The notes below the pieces were generated by a model that saw only the letters and a program-made list of their open reading frames with translations, was not told the origin of the DNA and ran no database searches. A program made the position numbers and the translations under genes. From Amoebophrya sp. A120 (Eukaryota > Protista > Dinoflagellata): a DNA stretch of 64,000 nt. The stretch's first letter is position 1; each line of letters begins with the position of its first letter. The stretch spans positions 1,328,438 to 1,392,437 of the forward strand of contig CAJINV010000005.1 of the NCBI GenBank assembly GCA_905178155.1, in the 5' to 3' direction. Shown one piece after another: positions 35,165 to 47,213 of the stretch.

Positions 35165-36775
35165 TTAGATCAATGCCCACTTTTCTCGCAGCAGCTTCTC
35201 GTGCAGTGGCGCCTTCCAAACCGGTCCTCCGCCCATGAGCATCAGTTCGTGGCTGCTGCACGGCGCCGTTGCTTCGTAGTCGCACTCCAGCTCTGCGTAC
35301 ACGTCCGTCACCAGCCAGCGCACCGCTTTCGCCGGCGTTAAACGGTCCTTCTCGGAGGAGCCGAACACGGTGAAAAAACTCGTCTTCCCTTTTTTCTCTT
35401 CTCCCTCCTGCCGAAACGCATCCGCCAATCCTTTCAGTTCCTTCGCCAGCAGCACGCAGTCGTCTTGCCAAACCAAAGAGGTCGAAACTTCCAGCCCTTT
35501 CGCAGTGTCCTTACCCCCCTCCACGCCCATCGCATCGAGCACCCGCCCGTTTTGCTCGAAGTCATACTTGTTGGCAACACACGATCCCGAGGACACCGAC
35601 CCCACGCTGGCAATAAACATCTCTTTCTCCTCACTCGAGAGGGCGGTTCGCAGCATCTTCGCGCTGGAGTTTCCAAAGGAGAACTGCACCAAGGGTTTGC
35701 ACAAGCCCTGACCCACGCAGGCGACGCCGCTCAGCACACTCGTCGGGACGTACTTCGAGGCGAACCGGGCGAGGCCGAACCCGTGCGGTCCCGCTATGGC
35801 GTTCTCAAACGTTACATTCTCAACTGTTACATGATTTGTCATGCAAAACTTCCATGAACCACCAGACAATCAAGCCACCTCGCATGACAAATCCCCGAAG
35901 GGCTAAACAGCGCCTAAATCTGTGCCGGATTTGTGATGCGAGAGTTGCAAGCTTGCCTCTTTCACTGTTGCGGTTCTTGCATCACAAATTCATGTAACAG
36001 TTCAGAATGAAACGTTTGGGAACGCCATACCCGCGGGCGAGGGGTACGGCACGTTCAGGGCAACGCCGCGGAGATCCGGGAGTTGTTTCTGGTGGGACTC
36101 GTGCGACAATTGCAGTTGCAGAAAACGCCGCAGAAACACCACCGCGTACGGGTGGCCAAGACAGCAGGCGTACACGAACATCTCGTCCAGGGCTTCTTGC
36201 TGCAACACGGCGAGGCAGTTCCGCGCGTGCAAATTCAGGTGGCGCTTCACGGTATCGTCCGCAGAAAAGGTCGGGTTGTTCACCACCTCGGGGGAAGTCT
36301 TCCCAAGCCCGGGACGGTCCACGGCGATGACGACCAACTCATTCGATGGCTTTTTAGACGCGGATGTGTGCGCGTTGGTAAGAACGCCGTCAGGACACCC
36401 GAGGCCAGATCCAGCAGATAAGGCTGCGGCAAAGTTCGAGTTGTCCTCCTGCTTCGTAGACAAGCCTTTCATCGTAGTTCCAGGAGCAGAACTGTTTTCT
36501 TGGAACGGCGCGAAGAACTCAATCACATTGCTGTCGGCGCCCATAGCGTGGAAGACGAGGATGGCAGTTTTCTTTTTCTGCCCTTGTTCTTGGGCAGCTC
36601 CCTGCTCATTCATCGGGGTTTGTCCGGCCTGGTGTCCCCGCCGAAGGGAGAGCACTCGATAGCCCACAGTTGTAGTTCCATTCCCGTCCTCAACATCGCG
36701 GTACTGGACAACACGCTCCTCAGAGCAGCGCCAGGTGTTGGGCATGTTGTTTGGAGAAGTGTTTGAAGTAGACAT
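35165..36775 (-). CDS. Alpha/beta-hydrolase fold protein, 2 exons
   Basis: ILVFHAMG, VIAVDRPGLGKTS, elbow region YACCLGHPYA, C-terminal FGSSEKD...SHELML; frames join over a family E introner. Confidence 0.75.
35795..36029. mobile_element. Introner family E
   Basis: Family E TIRs; TSD cccgc. Confidence 0.9.
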
Positions 36776-37455
36776 CTTCGAACAGTCTCACCCTGAAAAT
36801 CCGAATTGTGGTAGGTGCGAGAAGAAGTTGCAGAAGGACAACAGTCGTCCTGCGCTTTTGTTAGAGAGGTAGACGGACGGCCAACAAAGTATAGCACAAA
36901 AAGACTGGAGCAAAAGTTCTAGATCTAGTAGTACTTCTACGCGACTCGTCGTAATTACAGTGATGGTGTGAGCTTACTTGATATCGTATGCGTACTAGCA
37001 ACGTAAGGGATAATAGCCGCAAACTGTGGGGGATTGAGTGAGCGTCACATGAGGATGGACAACATGCCTGCGTGAGACATTGCATGGCTAGTACGGGTGT
37101 TAGGGAGGTGGATCGCTTGGCTTTCGGATTCAGAGCTTAACAAACTCTTACATCAGACCAGACATCGATCGCGATTTAGATCTTCGTCATCGTGTTTAGC
37201 AATCGGATCTCCGCAAGATCATCAAGTAACAATTTTCGAAAGGGATCATCTAAAAGTTGCACGATCTTCGACTGCGCTACGATTTACGCAGAACAGCTCA
37301 AAGAGAAAGATTAGATGGCTTTTGCTAAACTGATCAACGAATGCTCTTACTGACAGTGGAAAGCTGGTTTCAAGTTCAACCACAACAACGGTGAGGTCGA
37401 GCCGTTTCCTTCTTTCAAAAACTACAAAGAATGGCTGCACAAGAATATCCAACAG

Positions 37456-38229
37456 TCAGATCGCGACACACGCTATCTTCACCAGCAACAGGGTCACACA
37501 AACGTAGCTTGGGACAGTGCAACACAGCAAATGCAATACGAATCCCCGGTCTCGACCTAGCACCACCGGAAACATCGACGGTAGCTTGTGGAAGGTGTAG
37601 TAGAAATAGCTCCTCAACGTCATCCAGACAATCCCGATGGTGTTGACATTCATGCTCTGCAGCGGTGCGAAAAGACTACTTTGGCAGACTTGCTGGAACG
37701 CCGAATTGTCTTGTTGCACATACCCGAAAAATTCGAACTTTTCCGGCGCGAGAACGTAGAATATGTTGAGCCAAAAAAGAGGCAGGAAAACAAGGGATTG
37801 CTCCATCGTGTTCATCACGGTGCGATCCGCTGCAAGCACTTCCGGATCCCGGTCGGAATACTTCACCTGTGCCAGGGTGACTTTATTGGGCTTTGCTGGT
37901 TCAGGTTCTTGCCCGGCTTGAGCAATTGATGTGCTGCGATTCTTCGATATTTCGCCATCGTCTTTCTTCTGTTTTTCCCGTTCCAGTATTTTCCGCTCCG
38001 AGAAACTTTTCAATCCGGCGTAGGACTGGGCGAACAGCATTTGATACCACCGACTGGCCCAGGCTAATGTCAGCAAGCAAGCCACGCGGAGCTGCTGGGT
38101 GCTGGCAGAGGTGAGGGTCAGGGAGCTGTCGAAGAAGTGCAGGTAGACGGTGCGGGAATAGAACAACAGGAAGAGCAGCATGCATTGCAGATGACCTAAG
38201 GCGGGCAGATGCTTTATGAGGTCGAGCAT
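37456..38229 (-). CDS. MAPEG-family membrane protein
   Basis: ADRTVMNTMEQSLVFLPLFWL and GIVWMTLRSYFY motifs; several hydrophobic helices. Confidence 0.7.
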   Translation of the reverse strand: MLDLIKHLPALGHLQCMLLFLLFYSRTVYLHFFDSSLTLTSASTQQLRVACLLTLAWASRWYQMLFAQSYAGLKSFSERKILEREKQKKDDGEISKNRSTSIAQAGQEPEPAKPNKVTLAQVKYSDRDPEVLAADRTVMNTMEQSLVFLPLFWLNIFYVLAPEKFEFFGYVQQDNSAFQQVCQSSLFAPLQSMNVNTIGIVWMTLRSYFYYTFHKLPSMFPVVLGRDRGFVLHLLCCTVPSYVCVTLLLVKIACVAI

Positions 38230-38979
38230 TTTGATTTATTTCGTCTGACGTTGTCGTTCGTTATTGCAAGTACGAGCGTTCTTGACGCAGCTTTTGGGAA
38301 AGGTGAGCGAATGAGTAGTAGAAGCCTAAGGCAAATATTCGATCGTCAGACAGTAACACTAACAATATGCATCGGAGTCGGAGAGTACAATTCAAAAAAT
38401 TACATGGAACCGACTACAGATTACAACAAGGCTAAAATGCTTTACGCGGGAAAAAAGGGAGCACGAGGTAGGCCTAGGTACGAAGAAGATGCCGAGTATA
38501 GCATCAGTGCGTGCGCGCACCAATTACGACGATTCGGATTACGGCACTGTACCGATTCAAAGGCGGGAAAATCAGAACCGATATAATTCTTTACGATGTA
38601 AGAACAATTCTGCTGACGAAGATAAATGGATGTGCTCCCAGTGTTGGCGCTTGCGCTTGCCTGTTTCTGCTTCTTTGCTTCACTAGGGGTACTAGTTTGA
38701 ACTGCAGAAGTTCGTACACATAAATCGATATGAGTGGGAGTTGCAGAAGTTCATGAAGTTAGTAGACATACTCGTGATATAAAATGAAATGAATGAGCAG
38801 CAAAAATTGTGCACTTCCCGACCGTGATGGAATATTAAGCTTCAAGCAAGCTCATTGCGCCGCCTTTGGGGGTAAAAGGTATTATCTTTCATAGTTTTGA
38901 AATCGGTTATTTCGTTGCCCTTCTTACTTATCTTTATGCAAAGCCACACGTTGAAGTCGAATCTATGACTATGTCTATC

Positions 38980-41900
38980 TCACTTCGCCACGTCGTCTTT
39001 CCCGAGCTCCACCTTCCGACGTTTTCTTTCCAATTTCGCTTCTTCCTCCTGCGCCTCTTCAGCCCTGGCCTCTTCTCCGCGCAGCTCCAACTTTCGTTTT
39101 TTCCGTTCCGCCTTCGCAGCCTCTTTCTCCTCCTCTTTCCTTTTTTCCTCTTCTTTCAGCTTTGCCGCTTTGACTTTGGACTGCGCCCGGAGCTGCTCGT
39201 CCGCAGCCCGCTGCTTCAAAATTGCCTCCTCGTGCTCCTTCGTGATCTGCTCCTCGATCGTGTCTTTTGCCACAAACCGGAGGACCTTCACTCTGTCGCG
39301 CTTTTGCCCGAACCGCCGCGCCCGGGCGATGGCCTGCATCTCGGCAGCGCGGGCGGTGTTGAGGTCGCCATTCATTGGGTGGACGAAAAGAACGTGGGAG
39401 GCCTGGAGTGTGTGATTGGTATAAGGAGTTTTGATGTGAATCTTGCATGGATGTATATTACGCATGCAAGTCATCACTGCCATTTTGTACTTATGCTGAG
39501 CAGTAGAAGCAGACCTGTGTCCGACCTTGCACCGCTTTCATTCATGCAATCTCCGCAAAAGCATATCAAAAATGCAAAGCGCGTAGATACAGAGTGAGCA
39601 TTTAGGCCAGATAGTACCTGTGTCAAGTTTGCCCCAGCTGCACAACGCTCCAGCGACATCAACAAAATATCGGGATTTTTTCCAATTTCGCTTCTCGATC
39701 CAAGCACGATGTCCTTTCCATCCGACTCCTTTTGGAAGTTTTCCAGTAGCTGCGCCTGCCGATCTGCAGCTGTTTTGTAGTTTGTGGTCGTTTTTTATTT
39801 ATCGATGACCTTAATATTAGTTTGAGCAGCATGTTGAGTAATCTGGGTGGGCAGTGGATTCCTGGTTACATGAGTTTCGCGCTTCAGGCTCAATGTCATT
39901 CATTCAACACATCAATAAACAGGAACAGCTCTTCTCTAGTACTTGCTCCGAACAGCGAGACGAAGTTGAATCCGAATTCGGTGAAGCAGTGCCGCACGAT
40001 CTTCAACAGAGACTCCCACTGCACGAACACGATGAACTTCGCCTTCGGGTCTTTCGCCCTTTCCTCCTGAATCGTGGCCGCGACTTTCTGAATTTTGGTC
40101 CCAAACACGCTGTGGTCCGTCACGCGGCAGGCCGGTGCAGATTTGTCGGCCTTTTTCGTGTCAAACGCCTTCTGCGCGTCCACGAGCGGCACGCACTGGT
40201 CTATTGGGCGAAAAGGAGTGCGGCATGTCGGGCACTGCTTTTCCTGCTTGTTCAGCGCAAGAGCAGGGTCGATGGGGTTCAGCATCTTGATGCAGTCCTG
40301 GCAGAACTGGTGGCTGCAGGGAAGCAAAACGGCCATGTCATCGTCGGTGAGATCTTCCGCCGCACAGATGATGCAGCGTTCTGCTTCAGCTTCTATGCAG
40401 GGGCTAGCTGCTGCGACAGCCTCGAATGGGACACGGTGCTTCAGATCAATTCGTCATACAGAGTTGTACGCATGTGCTGGTGTCCTCCAGTTGTCATATA
40501 ATATTCAGGGTTCGTCGATGAACAGCATTCACATCTTTTTTCTAAAGACGACCTGTCATGCGGACATCAGAGCTACAGGCACAGTATTGTAGACTTTTTT
40601 GCGACGTTTGGTTTATACAAGACCATGACAAACTCCAGCACCGCCGGGTGTACATTGTTCCAGTTGAGCTTGTCACATCTGAGCAGGCCGTATCTTCGTT
40701 TTCCGTACCGCAGCCTTTGGTCAACTGCTTGAAAAACTGCAAGCGCGAAATGGCGCTCCGGAGCTTTTCCAGAGCGGCGCTGAACCGGTGCATAAACTTT
40801 CCGCGGTGCAATTCAAATATGACATTTTGTTTTTCAAGTTGTTGTTCTCTCTCGATCTGCTGCTGGTCGTTAAAATCAGTAATTCTAACTTGGGTGAGAG
40901 AATGGCGCAGCTGAACGCAGCAGATCATCGTCCTTAGTTCGGACTTCAACACTTCTTCTTCAAGGCTTTGGTTTCGGGTTTTCAATGTTCTCAGGGCACT
41001 GGCTGGCGACGCACTTCCGTTTATTCCGCCGTCAAGATACTTTTTGTCCGGGTCTGTGAGGCGCAATCGTTCGTCCACCGCTTCCAGGTTCGCAAACTCG
41101 CTCTTGCCAGTTTCTGCTTTGATTGCTTCTGTGACTGCTTTGCTTTCCGGAGTCGAGTCAGATGCGAGTGCGCGCAGCTTGGCGTGCACGCCGTTTGGCA
41201 AGAATTTAGGTTCGACTTCGAGTTGCTTTCGAATAGAAATCGGCTCTGAACCCGCATCCTCCCAGGCTTCGACGTTCAGATGCCCGTTGGCACACAGAAA
41301 ATCTAACGCCTTCACAACGAGCAAAACGTTTGCTGATAGGTGTCGGATCCTGCTTCGTTGTGTCCGCAGCTCGAGCTGACAAGCCTCGACTGGTGTTAGA
41401 AGCCGGCCGCTCTTGCTCGTGCTCGCCACCGTGCCAAAGTGGCTGCAGAGACGCAGGAGCTCGGCGCGCTCCTCGGGGGCCTCGGAGATAACTGCGGAGG
41501 AAAGTAGTTGGGGGTTCAGCCGGTACTTCTCTTGCTCGTACAGCGCGCGCTCGGGCTGGGTCAGCTGTACTGGTATTTGTTTTTCCTCGAGCTGGATGCG
41601 GCCCACTTCCTCAGGCGCCGCATTTCGCCGGGCGAAGGTGGAGAGGAAGTTCTGGGCGTTGCGCGTCCAGATGCGGGACCGGTCAAGTGCGTGCTCGAAG
41701 GGGCCGTACAATTTTTTCAGGTGGCCCTGCCTCGCCGAGACAGCAACCTCAATTTGCTTGTAGTAGAAGCAATAGCGGTAGTTGTCAGCTGCCATTTCCC
41801 GCTCTAGAAAAGCCTGTTTCTCTTCTTCATCTTCGTCGGCGTCTTCTACTTCTTTTCGATATCCGCGCAATTTTTCCATAGCGCTGATCCTTTCATCATC

Positions 41901-44900
41901 AGATTGAAGTGCCACAGCAGCACTCCATGCCGCAGAAATTTTGGACTCTTTTTCTTTTCTCACATGAGCTTTCCAGAGCTCCTCCGCTTTGGATCGGCGC
42001 TGCGCTGCAGTTTTTCGCTGCGTGCTTCGCAACCACTCCTCTTCTGTGCGCTGCCGCTCTTCGTCTATTTCTTTCGCGGACAGTCTCAACTGCAGATTTT
42101 CTTCCAACGTCTCGGAGTTTTGGAAGTATCCCTGCGTGTCTACTTTCAGAAAATCACGATCATCACAGTGGAGAATGGTCGCCCCATGAAGTCCTTTCGT
42201 CCGGCAGTTTTCGCAGCGGAAAGCACCCGTCGGACGCGTTTGGAGAGTTGCAGCAGAGCTGTATGCCGGTTTCTCGCCGCACGCGTGGCAACGCCACAGG
42301 AAAACCTCATCCAATTTGAGATAGCGCTCGGACGTCTTCCAGAAAGTAATATTTCTGGGCCAACATTCCCGTCGAGAAATTGAAACATCCTCACCGCGCG
42401 GAGGTAAACCGGGCTGGAGCTTCTTGAATATGTTCGTGTTATCAGCGCCGCTCTTGGTGTTTTGGTTTTCTTCTTCCTGACCTCGAACCGCATAACAAAT
42501 GACTTCCCACCCGTCGGCACGGCCGTTGTCAATATCGTGAGCAGGGGAGAACACTCTATCCCATGACGAAAGTTGTTATGTTAGCCATTCATCCCATGAC
42601 GAAACTTGGACCGTTGTAGACGCACGGAATATTCTTTGGACTCGGAACAAATACAAACAGTTTTTTTATCGGTGCGCATCCACACTTTCTAACTTGAACT
42701 TCGATGCATATGCATAAATTGAAATATGCTCCTTCGGACTTGTTTGCACGTACGGAAGTGTTGTGCAACCGCCAAGAAACTTGGCTACCTGCAAATCTAT
42801 CGACGCGCAAAAGAGAAAGACCTACTACTTGCATACTTTTCTCAGTTTCACAGATGAATGAGCTATACTAACTATATTTGCATTCCCTGTGATATTGTTT
42901 TTCCCAAGCCCACGTGGTTTGGGGAGCGCCAGTGCTTACTTTCGGAGGGCAGAACCGGGGCAGGCATTTTGTCAGCTGGTAAAGCGCGCTGCCACTAGTA
43001 AGGGGGAGTGCTAGTAAATCGACACCGAAAAGCGATGCCATCAACTCGATCGCGCTGACATTGGTTGCGTTCAGGGTGCCCGTCAAAGCCCACATATATG
43101 ATGTGGCGGCATCGAAGTCGTAAAGAAAGAAGCCATACTTTTCTATATGCAGTGCGGTTTTCTGCTCGAGCTGTCTCAGGCACTCGTGAAACTCGTCAAA
43201 CACGACGCGCTTCCATCGGAAGGCGTGCAGCGGCTGCACGACGATCTTCGTGTCGGCGGAGTCAACAGCGTTCGCTTGTTCAGCATCAGCTATGGTCTTC
43301 TTTTGCGCATGTAACTCCGCGAACGCCTTCGCGACAGAGGGCACTTTTTCTTTTCCCTTCTTGCCAGGAGAGAGAGTATCTACTAGACAGGGAAGCAGGC
43401 CGCTTGCCGCCACTTGCACTGCTGGGGGAGCGGCACAGCCGTGGTCCCCGTCTCGGTCATTCGTTGATACGGTACTGGTTGTTGAATTATTTGCGGCCGT
43501 CGCCGTCTGCTGAAGTTGATTCCCTTTTATCTTTCGTTCTCCAGTATTTTCAGCGGCAAGGCCACTGGAAAAAGAGGTGGATGTCGACACTTCACCTCGT
43601 GGCTGTGTTGATGTGATGCGCGAGGCCTTGGCCCATTGCTGCTTGATCTGTAGGTATGACTCCGTCAAAAACAAGCCTGCACTGACCAAGACAATGTCAA
43701 ACGCCTGGAACGGATTTTTGAAAGGCAGGGCTGTGCTGCGCGACTCCGATGTGCTGGGCTGGTGCTTTTTGGTTCTGCCGGGTTCTTCTTCCATATCCAT
43801 GCGAGCGGAGGCACCGACGGCCTGGCCCGGGTCGTGGCCTGCACCTTCTTTGGCTTGGTATTCTTGTTCATCCCCCTTGCGCTTTTTGCTTTTCTTGCCC
43901 CGTCGCGAGGAGCCTGATCCTGCGGGAGCTGTTGTCGAGTAAAGCTTTCTCAAATCCCCTACCGTCGCAATCCGCAACACGCGCGGCCCCCAGTCGGCAC
44001 AGAACCGCTTCGCTTCGTCCTCCCACTGCTTGAGGATATGGCCTGGCGCGACGATTAGGGTCGTGGTCGGGCAATCCATAGCGCTCTTTGCTCCACTGTC
44101 AACCGCTGGAGCAGAAGATGACAAAGTAGACGCCGGGCCCGATGCTGCTGCAGAGAGCGGCCCAGAAGCAGGCTTATCGGCATTAGTTCCCAAAAACGGC
44201 GCGGCGAATCGACCGCGGTCCGACGCGATAAGCGCAAGCATTGTTACTGTCTTGCCATATCCCGTTTCGTCAGCCAAGATCCCGCCGCGCGCCGGAAAGT
44301 GTGCTACCGCTTCGATTTCGACGAACGCCCGGGAGTCACGGTTCTGCTGCGCGATCTTTTTTTGCTGCGCTCTTTTTCCTTGTTTGCTGATCGGAGTGCT
44401 TCTGGTGCCACAGGCACCCTTTGCTTTTGTTGCAGACAGTTTAACATTCGGATCCACTACTTTGGTCTTCGTCTTTGTTTCACTCGGAGGAGCTTTTTCG
44501 GTGTTTCCGTTGCATACAGAGTCACAGCCCGCAACTCTGCCTGCCGCTCCTTCTGTCACATCCTCGTCGCTCGATATGCTCTCCGCGTCGTCGTTTTGAA
44601 TCGGGTAAAAGTGCCGGTAGAGCATCGCAACGTCGGGCGCTGACCGCTCCCGCGCCTGCATCCAAGACAAGGCGCGTTTTTGATCATCACGCAGGGGCAG
44701 CGATTTACTCCATCCGTCGGGAGTGGCTGCGCAGACGTCGCACTCGTTGGACGGGATTTGGAACTGCAGTGTGGCAGAAGCGCTTCTTGCTGCTTTCTCC
44801 TGCGGTTGTTTTTTGGCGCCTGCTGTTGACGTGGGCTTCTGCTGAGACGATCGCGCACTGCTCGAACTCGCTTTTGTTTCCGCCGTTGCTGTGGGTGGTG

Positions 44901-46410
44901 GCAATGCTGCATCGTTAAAATTGTAGTGCTCGAACGCATACGGCCCAAAATTAGAACGAACGATACGGGAGCGCACTTCGATTGACGACGTCGGGTGGCG
45001 CACGTGACGTTTCACAAGATGCCGCCGATAGCCTTCCGGGTCGAACACAGCTGGCATAGATGCCAACCCTTCGGCCGACCTCCCGAATTGGGGGATCAAA
45101 GATTGAGCAGTTCCTGTGCCCCTAGTCGTAGTCGGCACAGCTGACGAAGAGGAACTGAGTCCCGTGTCGTATTTCTGTTTTTCCGATACCAGCAGCGCTA
45201 GCGTGCTGACTCTTGACTGTGTAGTAGATGAACGGTAGGTAATATTTTCGCCAGAGGTGTCCGGGACCATAATTCCACTGCGAACTTTGTCCGGCCACCG
45301 GAAAGCAGACGTCACCAGGTCGTAGAAGCGATTCATCTGGTAATATGATCCATCACGGCCACGGTACTCGGTTTCAAAGCCGACGTCCAACCGGTGGGGG
45401 TTCCAAAAAAACTGCATGGCTTCGGGAGAAAACGAAAATCGCCTCAGTGTGCTCCGAACGTAGCCCCCCATTTTGTGCTTTCCAGTTTCGACACGCGTGT
45501 CGCTTTTCGCCTGCAAATCGGGGTCCGCAAAAACCGCAGTCGCCGTCCAAGGGCCGCACACGGCGCGTTGAGCCGTTCGTTGCTGTTCAAGCTCTCCGCA
45601 AAGGAGCGCCTCCTGGTCAAACACGTCGTTGTTCGCACGTGTGCTGTCCTGCTTCACGTAGGCACATGGCAGATCTTTGGAGCTCCGCGTTGAAGATGCG
45701 AAAGCTGCAGCTGGGGCAAGTGGCGTGTGTTCATCGCCGCTTTCTTTGCCGTTGACATCGCAACCGCGAGTGTCGTCATCAGACGGAGAGAGGACAATTG
45801 CGTTTTTCCCTGACCTTGCTACCCCCTCAGCTACGGTATCGACGCTGAGTAAGCTTTTTGTCGCTCCTACTTTGAAAATGTTTTTTGTCTCGTGTCCGAT
45901 TTTTCTTGCGCCAGTCGCAGTCAACATTGCGGATGATGGAAAAGATGAATCAAATGAGCTGCTGGATCCACCCTCGGAGGTGATATTGCTGTTGATCATT
46001 CCTGTGATTCCTCCCGTTGCAGGGTAGGAGTCGAGTTGTTTTGCGATAAACGTAGTCACGGACGAGCTGGAGCTGCTTGACGAAGCTGAACTCGAGCTGG
46101 AAGCCGAGGAGCTCGCAGGTGCCGGCCTCACACCATGACTGCTGCCGCCGATGTCAATCGAGGCAGCAGATGGACCCAACAGGGTCTTGCGTGTCCGGTA
46201 CACTTCAGCTTCATCTGTAGTCGCGTTGGAGTGATGACCAAGACCAGCGGCGTCAGTCGTTTGATGACTGAGACCTTCAGTGACAGCAAGGTTGTCTCCT
46301 GTCACCAGGGCGGTCTGAATCGAGGCAGAGGCTCTGGCTTCCAGTTCTGCAAACGAAATTGCAAGATCGTCGAGGGTCGTGCAGCTTCTGCCTTGCTGCA
46401 CTCGCTTCAT
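38980..46410 (-). CDS. SNF2-family helicase with RING finger (RAD5/RAD16-like), multi-exon
   Basis: GGILADETGYGKT, TLIVAP..ILKQW, RVVFDEFH, WALTGT; RING (CIIC...PCSHQFCQDC...CPTCR); KFIVFVQW; AAGANLT; QAIARARRFGQ. Confidence 0.88.
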
Positions 46411-47213
46411 CTTGTTTTGTAGTTACGATCGATGTGGTATCAGTAATTGTGCTAGCACTAGCAGATGAGGAGAGAAGTCGAGCCTAGTACTGCATTGAGC
46501 TTCTGCAGCCACCGTGAAAAGCCAAAACCCGTAGTGAGTGGTGCATCCACCGGCCTTCCAATGAATTCAATTTCTAGTTTCTATCTGATAGCAGGTCTCC
46601 CATGATGTGAAGTTAGTTCTTGTGAATCTTCACAGGAGCCGCTAAAGCGTTGAAATTAGCCTGAATATACTTCTTCCTTTCTCGTAGTTTTGCGGAACAA
46701 GAACCTCATTTACGAGCGCAAGAAATACTAAGCCATCTAGTGATCGGACGGATCCATGATGGCGCAGATGTGGGAAGCGTAGCGACATCAACAAATTCAA
46801 ATTCAAATTCACAACCGCACCAAAATACTAGAACGAGCAGCGAGATCAAAGTCCGGAACAAATGATAGCACGCCTGCTAGTAGATAAGCAACCTCTTTCT
46901 TACATCGACAGGGACAGCAATCAGGAACAGCGCATATACACATTGATCTTCTTATTTAAGGTTCTTTCAACAACGTGAACGCGCAAGAAATGCAACAAGT
47001 GCTTGACTTTCAATTCGTCTTCCTTCATCTTGCAGCTGTTTGTTTTTGTTTTATCTTCTACGAATGAATGCAGCACTCAGAATCAAGTTGAGTTCTTCAT
47101 TGGTGATGACAATTTCGCAGACGTACTAGGCTTCATCTTGCAACGGAATCGTGCATAATCAGAGTGCACCAGAGCAGCTTGTCAGCCTCAGCTCTCCTGA
47201 GAACGACCTCCAC

